Assembly: GCA_014729025.1 (NCBI GenBank)
Contig: WJKP01000014.1
Location: 543-64,542, forward strand
Source: Candidatus Buchananbacteria bacterium
GTDB lineage: Bacteria > Patescibacteriota > Patescibacteriia > CAIXNZ01
Direction: 5' to 3'
Length of the DNA: 64,000 nt
The notes beneath the pieces were generated by a model that did not search any database, was not told the origin of the DNA, and was given only the letters and a program-made list of their open reading frames with translations. The translations under genes and the position numbers were made by a program. Position 1 is the first letter of the stretch. Every line of letters begins with the position of its first letter. Shown here piece after piece: positions 10,651 to 20,450 of the stretch.

Positions 10651-11535
10651 ATGTACCAACAAATTGAAGCTAATAAAAGACGTAGTGTTATCCTGGTAAT
10701 AATTTTTATTGTATTTGTCCTTTTCCTAGGCTGGTTATTTGGTCAATTAACTGATTTTGGCTATTTCGGTCCGGTTATAGCACTAATTATTTCACTAGCC
10801 ATGGCCGCAACGAGTTATTTTGCCGGTGATAAAATCGCCTTAAAAACAGCCGGAGCCAAGCAAATTCAAAAACAGGACAATCCTTATGTTTATCGTTTAG
10901 TTGAAAATTTATGCATTACAGCGGGATTGCCAATGCCTAAAATTTATATTATTAATGATCCCAACATCAATGCTTTTGCCACTGGCCGAGATCCAGATCA
11001 TGCTTCAATTGCCGTCACCCAAGGTGCTATTGATAAATTGGAAAACGAAGAACTTGAAGGTGTTATTGCTCATGAACTTTCACACATTAAAAATTATGAT
11101 ATTCGTTTAATGATGATTGTGATTGTTTTGGTTGGCACTATTGTTTTAATTTCTGACTGGTTAATACGCAGTTTTTTATGGGGTAAAAGTGACCGTGACA
11201 AGGGTCAGCTAGGTTTAGTTTTATTAGTTGCCGGTATTGTTTTGGCAATCTTATCACCTTTAATTGCCAAACTAATTCAACTGGCTATTTCCCGTAAACG
11301 TGAATTTTTGGCTGATGCTGACGGTTCACTTTTAACTAGATACCCTCAAGGTTTGGCTAACGCCTTAAAAAAAATAGCCAATGAAAACAGACAGCCTTTA
11401 AAAAAAGCTAATAATGCTACAGCTCATTTATATATTGCTAATCCGTTTGGTCAATCAAAAAAATTTTTAAGTAAACTTTTTGCCACTCACCCGCCAATTA
11501 ACGAACGAGTTGAAAAATTACAACAAATGGCCTGA
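10651..11535 (+). CDS. htpX: M48-family zinc metalloprotease HtpX
   Basis: 294 aa; HELSHIKNYD HExxH motif between TM helices, GLANALKKI region; LemA-HtpX pairing is common. Confidence 0.8.
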   Translation: MYQQIEANKRRSVILVIIFIVFVLFLGWLFGQLTDFGYFGPVIALIISLAMAATSYFAGDKIALKTAGAKQIQKQDNPYVYRLVENLCITAGLPMPKIYIINDPNINAFATGRDPDHASIAVTQGAIDKLENEELEGVIAHELSHIKNYDIRLMMIVIVLVGTIVLISDWLIRSFLWGKSDRDKGQLGLVLLVAGIVLAILSPLIAKLIQLAISRKREFLADADGSLLTRYPQGLANALKKIANENRQPLKKANNATAHLYIANPFGQSKKFLSKLFATHPPINERVEKLQQMA

Positions 11536-11571
11536 TTAGCTATTTTAAATTAATGATTAATAATTTTAAAA

Positions 11572-12312
11572 ATGTCTAAGCTTAATTTAATTTCTCTTTT
11601 TTGGCAATCATTAAAAAAGAGCTGGCTCGATCTCCTTTTAATTATATTTTTTATTTTTTGTTTACTTTTAGCTTTTTTATTAATTGCTTTTTTTACCTAT
11701 ATTGCCTTACTTTATTACGGAGTGGTTAGTTTTAATATTATCTTTACTTATCGCCTAATTTGGACTATTGTTACATATTTAGTTACGTTTATTATTGCTG
11801 TAATCGCTCAGTTATTAATAATTAATTCTCTTTTAAAGCCTCGGAAAAAATTCATTGAAAACTTAAATTCAATAAAAAAATATTTTTGGCAATTTTTAAT
11901 TTTAACAATTATTATTAATATTCTTTTTGTTATTTTTAATATCCCCATTTATGTTTCAATTTTCTTTTTTGCTTTAGATAATTTGATATTGGGTATTATT
12001 TCTTTAATCTTTGGACTTATTATTACTATATTATTGACCAGTTATCTTATTTTTAGCCCTTTTTTATTAATTGATAAAAATACTAGCTGGTTTGAATCAA
12101 TTAAAAAATCTTTTTCGCTAACAGAAAAAAAATTATTCCAAGTTATTTTTAATGTAATTATTTTAGCTTTAATTATTTTAATTCTGAATACTATTTCGGT
12201 TCTAGTTTTACAACTTGATATAATTGGTTTGGTTTTAAGCACTATAATTTTTATTATTATGGTCTTTACTGCGTTTATCTATCTTTTTGCCATGTATCAA
12301 AAATTCAAATAA
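11572..12312 (+). CDS. Hypothetical polytopic membrane protein
   Basis: 246 aa, about 6 predicted TM segments, no recognisable motif. Confidence 0.4.
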   Translation: MSKLNLISLFWQSLKKSWLDLLLIIFFIFCLLLAFLLIAFFTYIALLYYGVVSFNIIFTYRLIWTIVTYLVTFIIAVIAQLLIINSLLKPRKKFIENLNSIKKYFWQFLILTIIINILFVIFNIPIYVSIFFFALDNLILGIISLIFGLIITILLTSYLIFSPFLLIDKNTSWFESIKKSFSLTEKKLFQVIFNVIILALIILILNTISVLVLQLDIIGLVLSTIIFIIMVFTAFIYLFAMYQKFK

Positions 12313-12318
12313 TTCAAA

Positions 12319-14772
12319 ATGTCTAATAATATCCTTCAAAATTTTTCAACCAATTACAAGCAAGTTTTAATTAAATCAATTAATTTGGCTTGGCAATTAA
12401 ATACTGAGATTATTAAACCTGAATATATTTTATATTCTTTAATTTCACAAAAAGGCAGTATTGGCTCAGAAATATTATTAAAAGCTAAATTAAAAGAGGC
12501 TGATATTAAAAAAAAGCTAATTAAATCAAATGGGCCGCAAAAAAATGATTTTTTACCTTACTTTACAGATGAAACAGTTCAATTAATTGAAAAATCAGCG
12601 GCTTTGGCCTTTAAAAATAATCATCCTTATATTGCCACGGAACATTTACTTTTAGCTATTATTGAAAGTCAAGAAACTGAATTACAAAAAATTCTTAACC
12701 AGCAAAAAATAAATTTAGATTTCATTAAAAATCAAATTCAAATAATTTTTAATAGTACCTCTAAATTTCACGATTTTACTTCATCTTTTGATGAGCTGCC
12801 AGAACAAAATTACCACGAATTAAGAGAAACGTCGTATCCAACGGCAACAAAAACATCATTATTAAAAGCTTTTACGACTGATTTAACTGATAAACAAATA
12901 CAAAAAAATATTGATCCTTTAATCGGGCGTGAAGAAGAAATTAGCCGTTTAATTGAAATTTTAATGAGACGAACAAAAAATAACCCTTTAATCTTGGGTG
13001 ATCCAGGCGTAGGTAAAACTGCTTTAGTTGAAGGCTTGGCTAAAAAAATCATAACTGGTCAAGTGCCTGAAATATTAGCTGATAAAAAAATCTTAGCGTT
13101 GGATCTTGCCTTGGTTATAGCTGGCACTATGTTTCGCGGTGAATTTGAAAATAGAATGAAAAATATTCTGGATGAAATAAAAAAAGACCCCAATATTATT
13201 ATTTTTATTGATGAAATTCATAATATTATCGGTGCTGGCTCAACACAAGGAGCTATGGATGTGGCCAATATTTTAAAACCGGCTCTAGCCAGAGGAGAAA
13301 TACGCTGTATTGGCGCTACTACTTATGAAGAATACAAAAAACACCTAGAAAACGACGCGGCTTTGGAAAGAAGATTTCAATTAGTTAAAATGCAAGAACC
13401 GTCAGCTGACGAAACTTTCACAATTATTCAAGGCATAAAATCTAATTATGAAAATTATCATAATGTTAAAATAACTGACCAAGCTATTGCTACTGCAGTT
13501 TATTTAAGTGAAAAATATATAACTGATCGTTTTTTCCCTGATAAAGCTATTGATTTAATTGACGAATCAGCCTCCAGCCTTAAAATCAAACAAAAAACCA
13601 ATAAATTAACCGCTCAATTAAAACAGGCTAAAAAAGAATTAGAGCAAATTCAAAATGATAAAGAAAAAAATATTATTCAAGAAGATTTTAAGCAAGCTAT
13701 TTTATTAAAAATAAAAGAAAAAGAAAAAAAGGAGCAAATTCAAAAAATCAAAAATTTAAACAAAACAAAAAACAAAAAACAAATAGTTACTAAAAATGAA
13801 ATCACTCAAATTGTTTCCAAAATTACCAATATTCCTAATAGTGAATTACTGCTACAAGAAAAGAAAAAATTTTTAAATTTGGAAAAAAATTTAGCCAAAC
13901 ACATAATCGGACAAGATAACGCTTTGAATATTTTAGCCCAGTCAATCAGAAGAAACAAAGCCGGTATTGCTGAACAAAATAAACCCTTGGGCGCTTTTAT
14001 TTTAATTGGGCCCAGCGGAACCGGCAAAACTTATACTGCCAGGATTTTAAATCAAATTTTATTTGAAAATCAAAATAGTCTGATAAAAATTGATATGTCG
14101 GAATTTTCAGAAAAATTTAATATTTCAAAATTAATCGGTGCACCGGCTGGCTATGTCGGCTACAAAGAAAGCGGTAAATTAACTGATGCAGTAAAAAGAA
14201 ATCCTAATTCAATTGTTTTATTTGACGAAATAGAAAAAGCCCATTCTGATGTCTTTAACTTACTTTTACAAATTCTTGATGACGGCTATTTAGCTGATGC
14301 CACAGGTAAAAAAATAAATTTCAAAAATACTTTGATTATCATGACCTCAAATCTCGGCTCAAAAAACTTATCACAAATCATGGGTTTTGATAAAAATGAT
14401 AGTCAGCAAAATGATTTAACTTTGGAAAAAGAAATTAAAAATTTTTTCCCACCGGAATTTGTCAATCGGTTGGATAAAATTATTATTTTTAACCAGCTGG
14501 ATAAAAAATCATTAAATAAAATTATTAAAATTGAACTTGAAAATTTACAAACCCGATTAAAAAAACAAAATATTGAGTTGAATTTTGAGCCTAAAATTAT
14601 TAATTTTTTATTAAATACTAATTTCCGGCAAGAACAAGGCGCCCGTTTTATAAAACAAAACATTGAAGAATTGATTGCCAATCCATTATCAGAAAAATTA
14701 TTTCAACAAAATACAGATCATAAATATAAAATTAAGATCAAAAATAATAATTTACAAATAATCAATGCCTGA
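12319..14772 (+). CDS. clpC: ClpC-like AAA+ ATPase, two nucleotide-binding domains
   Basis: 817 aa; Clp_N repeats, Walker A GDPGVGKT (D1) and GPSGTGKT (D2), short coiled-coil middle domain. Confidence 0.85.
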   Translation: MSNNILQNFSTNYKQVLIKSINLAWQLNTEIIKPEYILYSLISQKGSIGSEILLKAKLKEADIKKKLIKSNGPQKNDFLPYFTDETVQLIEKSAALAFKNNHPYIATEHLLLAIIESQETELQKILNQQKINLDFIKNQIQIIFNSTSKFHDFTSSFDELPEQNYHELRETSYPTATKTSLLKAFTTDLTDKQIQKNIDPLIGREEEISRLIEILMRRTKNNPLILGDPGVGKTALVEGLAKKIITGQVPEILADKKILALDLALVIAGTMFRGEFENRMKNILDEIKKDPNIIIFIDEIHNIIGAGSTQGAMDVANILKPALARGEIRCIGATTYEEYKKHLENDAALERRFQLVKMQEPSADETFTIIQGIKSNYENYHNVKITDQAIATAVYLSEKYITDRFFPDKAIDLIDESASSLKIKQKTNKLTAQLKQAKKELEQIQNDKEKNIIQEDFKQAILLKIKEKEKKEQIQKIKNLNKTKNKKQIVTKNEITQIVSKITNIPNSELLLQEKKKFLNLEKNLAKHIIGQDNALNILAQSIRRNKAGIAEQNKPLGAFILIGPSGTGKTYTARILNQILFENQNSLIKIDMSEFSEKFNISKLIGAPAGYVGYKESGKLTDAVKRNPNSIVLFDEIEKAHSDVFNLLLQILDDGYLADATGKKINFKNTLIIMTSNLGSKNLSQIMGFDKNDSQQNDLTLEKEIKNFFPPEFVNRLDKIIIFNQLDKKSLNKIIKIELENLQTRLKKQNIELNFEPKIINFLLNTNFRQEQGARFIKQNIEELIANPLSEKLFQQNTDHKYKIKIKNNNLQIINA

Positions 14773-15754
14773 AGCAGTATCACAACCTAAAAATCAGTCA
14801 ATTGGTGATTCAGCCCCGCCCCGACAAGAAAGGCTTCAGCCAGAAGAAGAAACCGGAGTACGCAGAAATTTGCAATCAGCCCAAAAAACCACAAAAAGAG
14901 CCGGACAAGGCATGAAAGCCGCTGGCACTGGCATGAAAGCCGCTGGCACTGGCATGAAAGCCACGGGTACTGGCATGCAAGTCGCTGGAAAGGGAGCACA
15001 GGCTGCGGGTAAAGGTTTACAAGCAGGTGGCAGAGGCATGATGTCTGCTGGCTCAGCTCTTAGCAGTACAGGCGCGGGTGCTATTGCTGGAATACCTTTA
15101 ATGGCAGCCGGTGGTGCGACATCAGCAGCCGGCGTAGGTACTCAAGTCGCTGGTAAAGGTACTGAAGTCGCTGGTAAAGGCGTTAAAGCGACTGGTAAAG
15201 GTATGAAAAAAGCTGGCAAGGGTATGAAAAAAGCTGGCAAGGGTATGAAAAAAGCTGGTAAAGGTATAGAAAAACAATCTAAATTACTTAAAATGGATCC
15301 CAAAAAACAAAAGCCTACTGCTCGAGCATTAAATAAGGCTAAATCAGTAAAGCAAAAAACAAAACAAGCCAAAGAAGCAGTTCAGCAAACTAAAGAAGGA
15401 GTGAAAAAATTTAGCCAACAAGGCACAGCTAAAGCATTAAAACTATCATGGCTTAATTTAATTGATAGCTTTGGTTTAACTCTTTTATATATAAATTTTC
15501 ATTTTATTGCAAAATATATTGGTGGTATAAAATTATTTTGTGATTTTGGTGAGGAATGGGTTTCAAAAATGGATAAATTAGCTCAGGCTCCTGGAGGCGG
15601 TAAGATGATAAAAACAGCCAAAACCGGACTAAAATATGGGGAAATAATAGCTGTTATTGGACTGGATATACTCGTGTTACTTTGTTTGGTTATAGGCATA
15701 CTAATAATTTTAACACCAATAATACTTATTATAGCCGCTTTTCTCTCTATATAG
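14765..15754 (+). CDS. Repeat-containing membrane protein (Gly/Ala/Lys heptad-like repeats AG-x-GMK, C-terminal TM helices)
   Basis: 329 aa; ATG overlaps the clpC stop (ATGCCTGA); KAAGTGMKAAGTGMKATGTGM and KKAGKGMKKAGKGMKKAGKG repeats; locally GC-rich. Confidence 0.5.
   Translation: MPEAVSQPKNQSIGDSAPPRQERLQPEEETGVRRNLQSAQKTTKRAGQGMKAAGTGMKAAGTGMKATGTGMQVAGKGAQAAGKGLQAGGRGMMSAGSALSSTGAGAIAGIPLMAAGGATSAAGVGTQVAGKGTEVAGKGVKATGKGMKKAGKGMKKAGKGMKKAGKGIEKQSKLLKMDPKKQKPTARALNKAKSVKQKTKQAKEAVQQTKEGVKKFSQQGTAKALKLSWLNLIDSFGLTLLYINFHFIAKYIGGIKLFCDFGEEWVSKMDKLAQAPGGGKMIKTAKTGLKYGEIIAVIGLDILVLLCLVIGILIILTPIILIIAAFLSI
14909..14992. repeat. Four tandem copies of a 21-bp unit GGCATGAAAGCCGCTGGCACT inside CDS 14765..15754
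   Basis: Units 1-2 identical; units 3-4 carry a few substitutions. Confidence 0.8.
15200..15262. repeat. Three tandem copies of a 21-bp unit GGTATGAAAAAAGCTGGCAAG inside CDS 14765..15754
   Basis: Units 1-2 identical; unit 3 has 2 changes; degenerate copies flank. Confidence 0.8.
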
Positions 15755-15812
15755 TATTGACAGCATAGTATTGACAGCAAAATTTAATTTAATATATTAA
15801 TCATTCTAAATT

Positions 15813-17072
15813 ATGTCACCAAAAACAAAAAAAATACTTTTAATTATAATCTTTGTTATTGTTACAATTGCCATTGCTTTAGTGCTTTATTTTGTCTTTT
15901 TCCAACCATTTGTTTCACCTCCTGAACCACCAGTTGCACCTCCGGCTGTTGCCCCACCAGTCGGGCTACCAGAAGTACCACCTGCTTTAAATATCCCGGT
16001 TGCCCCGCCTTCAGTTAATATTCCTAGCGTATTACCTCCTGAAGTAACCGTCCCCGTTACTCCGACTGTACCAGGACCGGTTATTTCTCCTCAAGCTAGT
16101 GGCGGTATAACTTCTTTTGATACAATAGAAACAAACCCGGCTCAAAGTCCGACTCTAGCTAATAATGGCAGGGATTTAATTTATCATGATAAAGAAACCG
16201 GTTTCTTTTACAGTATTACGCCTGACGGTGAAAAACAACTTTTTTCAGATACTACTTTTAAAAATGTAGAAAATGTAACTTGGTCACCTAATACTCAAAA
16301 AGCAGTCATGGAATACCCTGACGGGTCAAATATTATTTATGATTTTCAACAGCAAAGATCAGTTACTCTACCTGCTCAATGGAAAGATTTTACTTTTTCT
16401 AATACTGGTGAACAAATTGCTTTTAAAGATATGAGATTGGATCCAGAAAACCGCTATATTGCTGTTGCCAATACTGATGGCACTGGTTATCGTAAAATTG
16501 AAAAAATGGGTGATAATGATGAAAGTGTTTATGTTGATTGGGCGCCTAATAATCAATATATTGCTTTATATAGCGAATCAATTGACGGTTCCAGAGCAGA
16601 AGTTTATCCAATTGGTTTTAATAGTGAAAATTTTAGAAAATTCAGAGTTGAAGGCCGTGATCTAAGATTTGAATGGTCGCCTAGCGGTGATAAAATGGTT
16701 TATAGCGTTTTTAATTCACGTTCAAATTATAATCCATCTCTTTGGGTTGTAAATACTAACCCGGAATTATTAGCTACTGGCCGTAATCAATTGGAACTAA
16801 ATACCTGGGCTGATAAATGTACTTTTGCTGCGGAATCAACAATTTACTGTGCCGTACCACAAAACCTAGAAACCGGTATGGGTTTTCGGCCTGATTTAGC
16901 CAATAAAACGCCTGATGATATTTATAAAATCGATCTAACTACCGGTACAAAAGAATTAATTGCTGAACCGCTTTATCCTTCAACAATCAATCAAATTATT
17001 ATTAGTGAAGACGGACAATATTTATACTGGATAGAACAAGGCACTGACCAACTTAAAAAAATGAATTTATAA
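15813..17072 (+). CDS. Membrane-anchored protein: Pro-rich linker plus TolB-like (PD40) beta-propeller
   Basis: 419 aa; N-terminal TM, PPEPPVAPPAVAPPVGLPEVPP linker, WSPN/WAPN/WSPSGDKMVY PD40-like repeats. Confidence 0.5.
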   Translation: MSPKTKKILLIIIFVIVTIAIALVLYFVFFQPFVSPPEPPVAPPAVAPPVGLPEVPPALNIPVAPPSVNIPSVLPPEVTVPVTPTVPGPVISPQASGGITSFDTIETNPAQSPTLANNGRDLIYHDKETGFFYSITPDGEKQLFSDTTFKNVENVTWSPNTQKAVMEYPDGSNIIYDFQQQRSVTLPAQWKDFTFSNTGEQIAFKDMRLDPENRYIAVANTDGTGYRKIEKMGDNDESVYVDWAPNNQYIALYSESIDGSRAEVYPIGFNSENFRKFRVEGRDLRFEWSPSGDKMVYSVFNSRSNYNPSLWVVNTNPELLATGRNQLELNTWADKCTFAAESTIYCAVPQNLETGMGFRPDLANKTPDDIYKIDLTTGTKELIAEPLYPSTINQIIISEDGQYLYWIEQGTDQLKKMNL

Positions 17073-17076
17073 CTAT

Positions 17077-17772
17077 ATGCCTAATAAACAAAAAAATTCA
17101 CAAACTAAAAAGAAATTCCAATTTGTTTATTTTATAGTTTTTTCAATTATTATTTTACTTATTTTTGTTGTTATAATTATCGGCTCTTTTTGGGATTATC
17201 AGGCGCAAATAAAAAAAATGGAAGATTATTATCAAGAACGTTTAGCCAAAACCAGCCAAGCTAAACCGCAAATTAATAAATTTGATCCAATTAAAGGCTC
17301 ATTAACCTCTGAAATAACTTTATTTGAATACAGTGATTTCTTTTGTCCAGCCTGCCAAAACCTGCAAAATGATTTGCAAGCTTTGGAAAAGCTTTATGGT
17401 AATAATATCCGTTTTGTTTTTAAATCATTACCAATTACTGCTCATCCGGAAAATCGTCCATCTTTAAATGCCGCCTATTGTGCCTGGGAACAAAACAAAT
17501 TCTGGGAATATAAAAAATTATTATATCAAGAACCGAAAATGTTAAATAAACAAAAATACCGCCAATATGCCGACCAATTAAACCTAGATCTGGAAACTTT
17601 TAATCAATGTTTGGAGGATAATAAATATTACCCGGTTATAGAACAAAATATTGCCGAAGCTTTAAGTTTAAATATTACTTCTATTCCAACTGTTTTTATT
17701 AATGGTGAACGAGTAGAAGGCTTTATTAATTATAATACTTTAAAGAATCTAATAGATCAACAAATCAGATGA
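17077..17772 (+). CDS. DsbA/thioredoxin-fold thiol:disulfide oxidoreductase, membrane anchored
   Basis: 231 aa; N-terminal TM, active site FFCPACQ (CxxC), DsbA-like C-terminal region. Confidence 0.7.
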   Translation: MPNKQKNSQTKKKFQFVYFIVFSIIILLIFVVIIIGSFWDYQAQIKKMEDYYQERLAKTSQAKPQINKFDPIKGSLTSEITLFEYSDFFCPACQNLQNDLQALEKLYGNNIRFVFKSLPITAHPENRPSLNAAYCAWEQNKFWEYKKLLYQEPKMLNKQKYRQYADQLNLDLETFNQCLEDNKYYPVIEQNIAEALSLNITSIPTVFINGERVEGFINYNTLKNLIDQQIR

Positions 17773-17781
17773 TTTGAAATT

Positions 17782-18324
17782 ATGCCTAAAATAAACTTTT
17801 CAAAACTTATTTTTGTTATATTTTTTTTATTTAATCTAATAATCATAAGTTGTTTAATTGCTCCTTTTGCCCTGGCAACTGAATTACAATTACAAATTCC
17901 CATTGGTGACCGACAAAGTTTTACAGTTTCTGGATCAACTATTGGAGAATATATACAGGCAATTATTGTGTTTGCTTCAGGGGCAATTATTTCATTAGCT
18001 ATTGTTATGATTATAGTTGGCGGTATCCAATGGATAATTTCCGGTGGTGTGCCTAATAAAATTAGCAATGCTAAAAATACGATTTTAAAAGCTTTTTTAG
18101 GTATGTTTATTGCTATTTTTGCTGTTTTCATCTTAGAAACAATTAATCCGAATTTAGTACAATTTAAATCATTAAGTCCCAAAACTCAAGAAAAATTGCC
18201 TTGTTGTGAATATTCAGAATCTGGAAGTAAAGATAAATTGTATAATTTTATGTCCGAAGAAAAATGCCTTAATAAAAAACCTCCGGGAAAAATAGTTAAT
18301 AATTCACAATGTTTAAATAATTAA
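17782..18324 (+). CDS. Secreted two-helix hydrophobic protein with Cys-rich C-terminus; possible TrbC/VirB2-like pilin
   Basis: 180 aa; signal peptide ending ALA-TE, two hydrophobic helices separated by a short polar loop (VirB2/TrbC topology), C-terminal CCEYSES...C...C. Confidence 0.3.
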   Translation: MPKINFSKLIFVIFFLFNLIIISCLIAPFALATELQLQIPIGDRQSFTVSGSTIGEYIQAIIVFASGAIISLAIVMIIVGGIQWIISGGVPNKISNAKNTILKAFLGMFIAIFAVFILETINPNLVQFKSLSPKTQEKLPCCEYSESGSKDKLYNFMSEEKCLNKKPPGKIVNNSQCLNN

Positions 18325-18335
18325 TATTAATAAAA

Positions 18336-18375
18336 AATGTCTACTTGCTTAATAATAGAGTAGACATTTTTATAA
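18336..18375 (+). terminator. Rho-independent terminator
   Basis: AATGTCTACT-loop-AGTAGACATTTTTAT immediately after CDS 17782..18324. Confidence 0.55.
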
Positions 18376-18439
18376 TACTTGAAAAATTAACAATTTAGCT
18401 TTAAAATAATTATATAAAAACATTAATCCAATAACTCAA

Positions 18440-19774
18440 ATGCCTAAGCAAAATTCAATAATTTATAATTGTACAAAATGTGGCGCTCAATCAGCTAAAT
18501 GGACTGGGCGCTGTATTGAATGTGGTTCTTGGGGTACTATGCTTCAAGAATTATCGGAAAATCAATCAGCAGACAAGCGAAAAATTAAAATTGATAAAAA
18601 TCAATTAATTGATTTTCAAAAAAAACAGCCGGAAAATTTTAGCCGTTTACAGACTCAAATTAGTGAATTTGATCGGGTCGTTGGTAATGGTTTAGTGCTT
18701 GGCAGTTTAACTTTATTGGGCGGCGAACCAGGTATTGGCAAATCAACTCTAATCTTACAAATCAGTCAGCAAATCAAACAGCCGGTTTTGTATGCTTCCG
18801 GTGAAGAATCAGCCAGCCAAATCAAAATGCGTATTGACCGTTTAAAATTACCTTTACAAAATCTTAAATTTTTAGCTACTAATAATATTGAAAAAATAAT
18901 AGCCTTTGCTATTGAAGAAAAACCCAGTCTTTTAATTATTGATTCTATTCAAACATTGTATTCCAATGAATTGCCATCCGAAGCCGGTTCAGTTAATCAG
19001 GTTCGTATCTGCACGGTTAAACTTTTAGAAATTGCCAAAAAACACAATCTATCAATTATTATTATCGGTCATGTAACCAAAGACGGCCAAGTTGCCGGCC
19101 CCAAATCACTGGAACACCTGGTTGATACCGTGCTTTATTTGGAAGGCTCTAAGACTGATAATTATCGACTTTTGCGTTGCGTTAAAAACCGTTTTGGCTC
19201 AACTAATGAATTGGGAATTTTTGATATGACCGGCCAAGGCTTAATTGAAGTCAAAAACCCTTCTGAACTTTTTTTCAGCCAAAAACAAGAACCAATCTCC
19301 GGTTCGGCTATTACTTGTATTATGGAAGGCAGCCGGCCTTTTTTAATTGAAATTCAGGCTCTAGTCAGTAAAACTTTATTTGGCTATCCGCAAAGAAAAA
19401 CAGCCGGTTTTGATTTAAATCGCTTGCAAATGTTAATTGCGGTTTTAATTAAACGCGCTGATACTCCTTTAGTCAACCAAGATACACATTTAAATATTGT
19501 CGGCGGTTTAAAAATAACTGAAACAGCGCCTGATCTGGCTGTTTGTTTGGCAATTATTTCTTCTTTAAAAAATAAAATTATTTTGCCAGATACTTTAATT
19601 TTAGGCGAAGTCGGCTTAGGCGGTGAAATCAGGCCGGTTTATCAAATAGATAAAAGAATCGAAGAAGCCCAAAAATTAAAATTTAAAAATATTATTACAC
19701 CGGTTATTAAAACCAATAAAAGCGGTTTGATTATGGTCAAAAATATAAACGAAGCCATTAAACAAATATTTTAA
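18440..19774 (+). CDS. radA: DNA repair protein RadA (Sms)
   Basis: 444 aa; N-terminal C4 zinc finger (CTKCGAQ...CIECGSWG), Walker A GGEPGIGKST, KNRFG motif, Lon-like C-terminal domain. Confidence 0.92.
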   Translation: MPKQNSIIYNCTKCGAQSAKWTGRCIECGSWGTMLQELSENQSADKRKIKIDKNQLIDFQKKQPENFSRLQTQISEFDRVVGNGLVLGSLTLLGGEPGIGKSTLILQISQQIKQPVLYASGEESASQIKMRIDRLKLPLQNLKFLATNNIEKIIAFAIEEKPSLLIIDSIQTLYSNELPSEAGSVNQVRICTVKLLEIAKKHNLSIIIIGHVTKDGQVAGPKSLEHLVDTVLYLEGSKTDNYRLLRCVKNRFGSTNELGIFDMTGQGLIEVKNPSELFFSQKQEPISGSAITCIMEGSRPFLIEIQALVSKTLFGYPQRKTAGFDLNRLQMLIAVLIKRADTPLVNQDTHLNIVGGLKITETAPDLAVCLAIISSLKNKIILPDTLILGEVGLGGEIRPVYQIDKRIEEAQKLKFKNIITPVIKTNKSGLIMVKNINEAIKQIF

Positions 19775-19817
19775 TTAAAAAAAATACAGCCTCAATTTTT
19801 ACCGCTGTTTTTATTTT

Positions 19818-20444
19818 ATGAAAAATAAGTTAAAAAGATTAAATATTGATTTTTTCCAAAAACCAACTTTAAAGCTGGCGCCTGCCTTGCTTGGTAAATA
19901 TATTATCAGGCAATTTAAAAATCAAACGTTAATTGGGAAAATAAGCGAAACAGAAGCTTATTATGGCTCCCATGATTTGGCTTCACACGCTTCAAAAGGC
20001 AAGACTAAAAGAACCAAATTAATGTTTGATCAGCCAGGTTTAGCCTATATTTACTTAATTTATGGCATGTATTATTGTTTTAATATTGTGACAGAAAAAA
20101 AAGACTTCCCAGCTGCTGTTTTAATCAGATCAGTTGAACCGATTGAAGGTTTAAAAACAATACATAAAAACAGAAAGTTGCCTATTGTTCAATCTGAAAA
20201 ATTTCCAACTAGACTAACCAATGGGCCGGGTAAATTTTGCCAAGCTTTTATGATTGATAAAAAACTTAATGGAGAAAATTTAATCAGCAGCCAAAAAATT
20301 TATTTGGCGCAAAATTATCAGAAAACAATAACATCATCCCAAATAAAAAAAACCAAACGAATTGGCATTGATTATGCAGGTTCATATAAAAATAAACTCT
20401 GGCGTTATTATCTAAAAGATAATCCTTTTATCTCTCAAAAATAA
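19818..20444 (+). CDS. mpg: DNA-3-methyladenine glycosylase (MPG/AAG family)
   Basis: 208 aa; GKISETEAYYGSHDLASHASKGKTKRTKLMFDQPGLAYIYLIYGMYYCFNIV matches the MPG family core. Confidence 0.8.
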   Translation: MKNKLKRLNIDFFQKPTLKLAPALLGKYIIRQFKNQTLIGKISETEAYYGSHDLASHASKGKTKRTKLMFDQPGLAYIYLIYGMYYCFNIVTEKKDFPAAVLIRSVEPIEGLKTIHKNRKLPIVQSEKFPTRLTNGPGKFCQAFMIDKKLNGENLISSQKIYLAQNYQKTITSSQIKKTKRIGIDYAGSYKNKLWRYYLKDNPFISQK

Positions 20445-20450
20445 TAAAAA

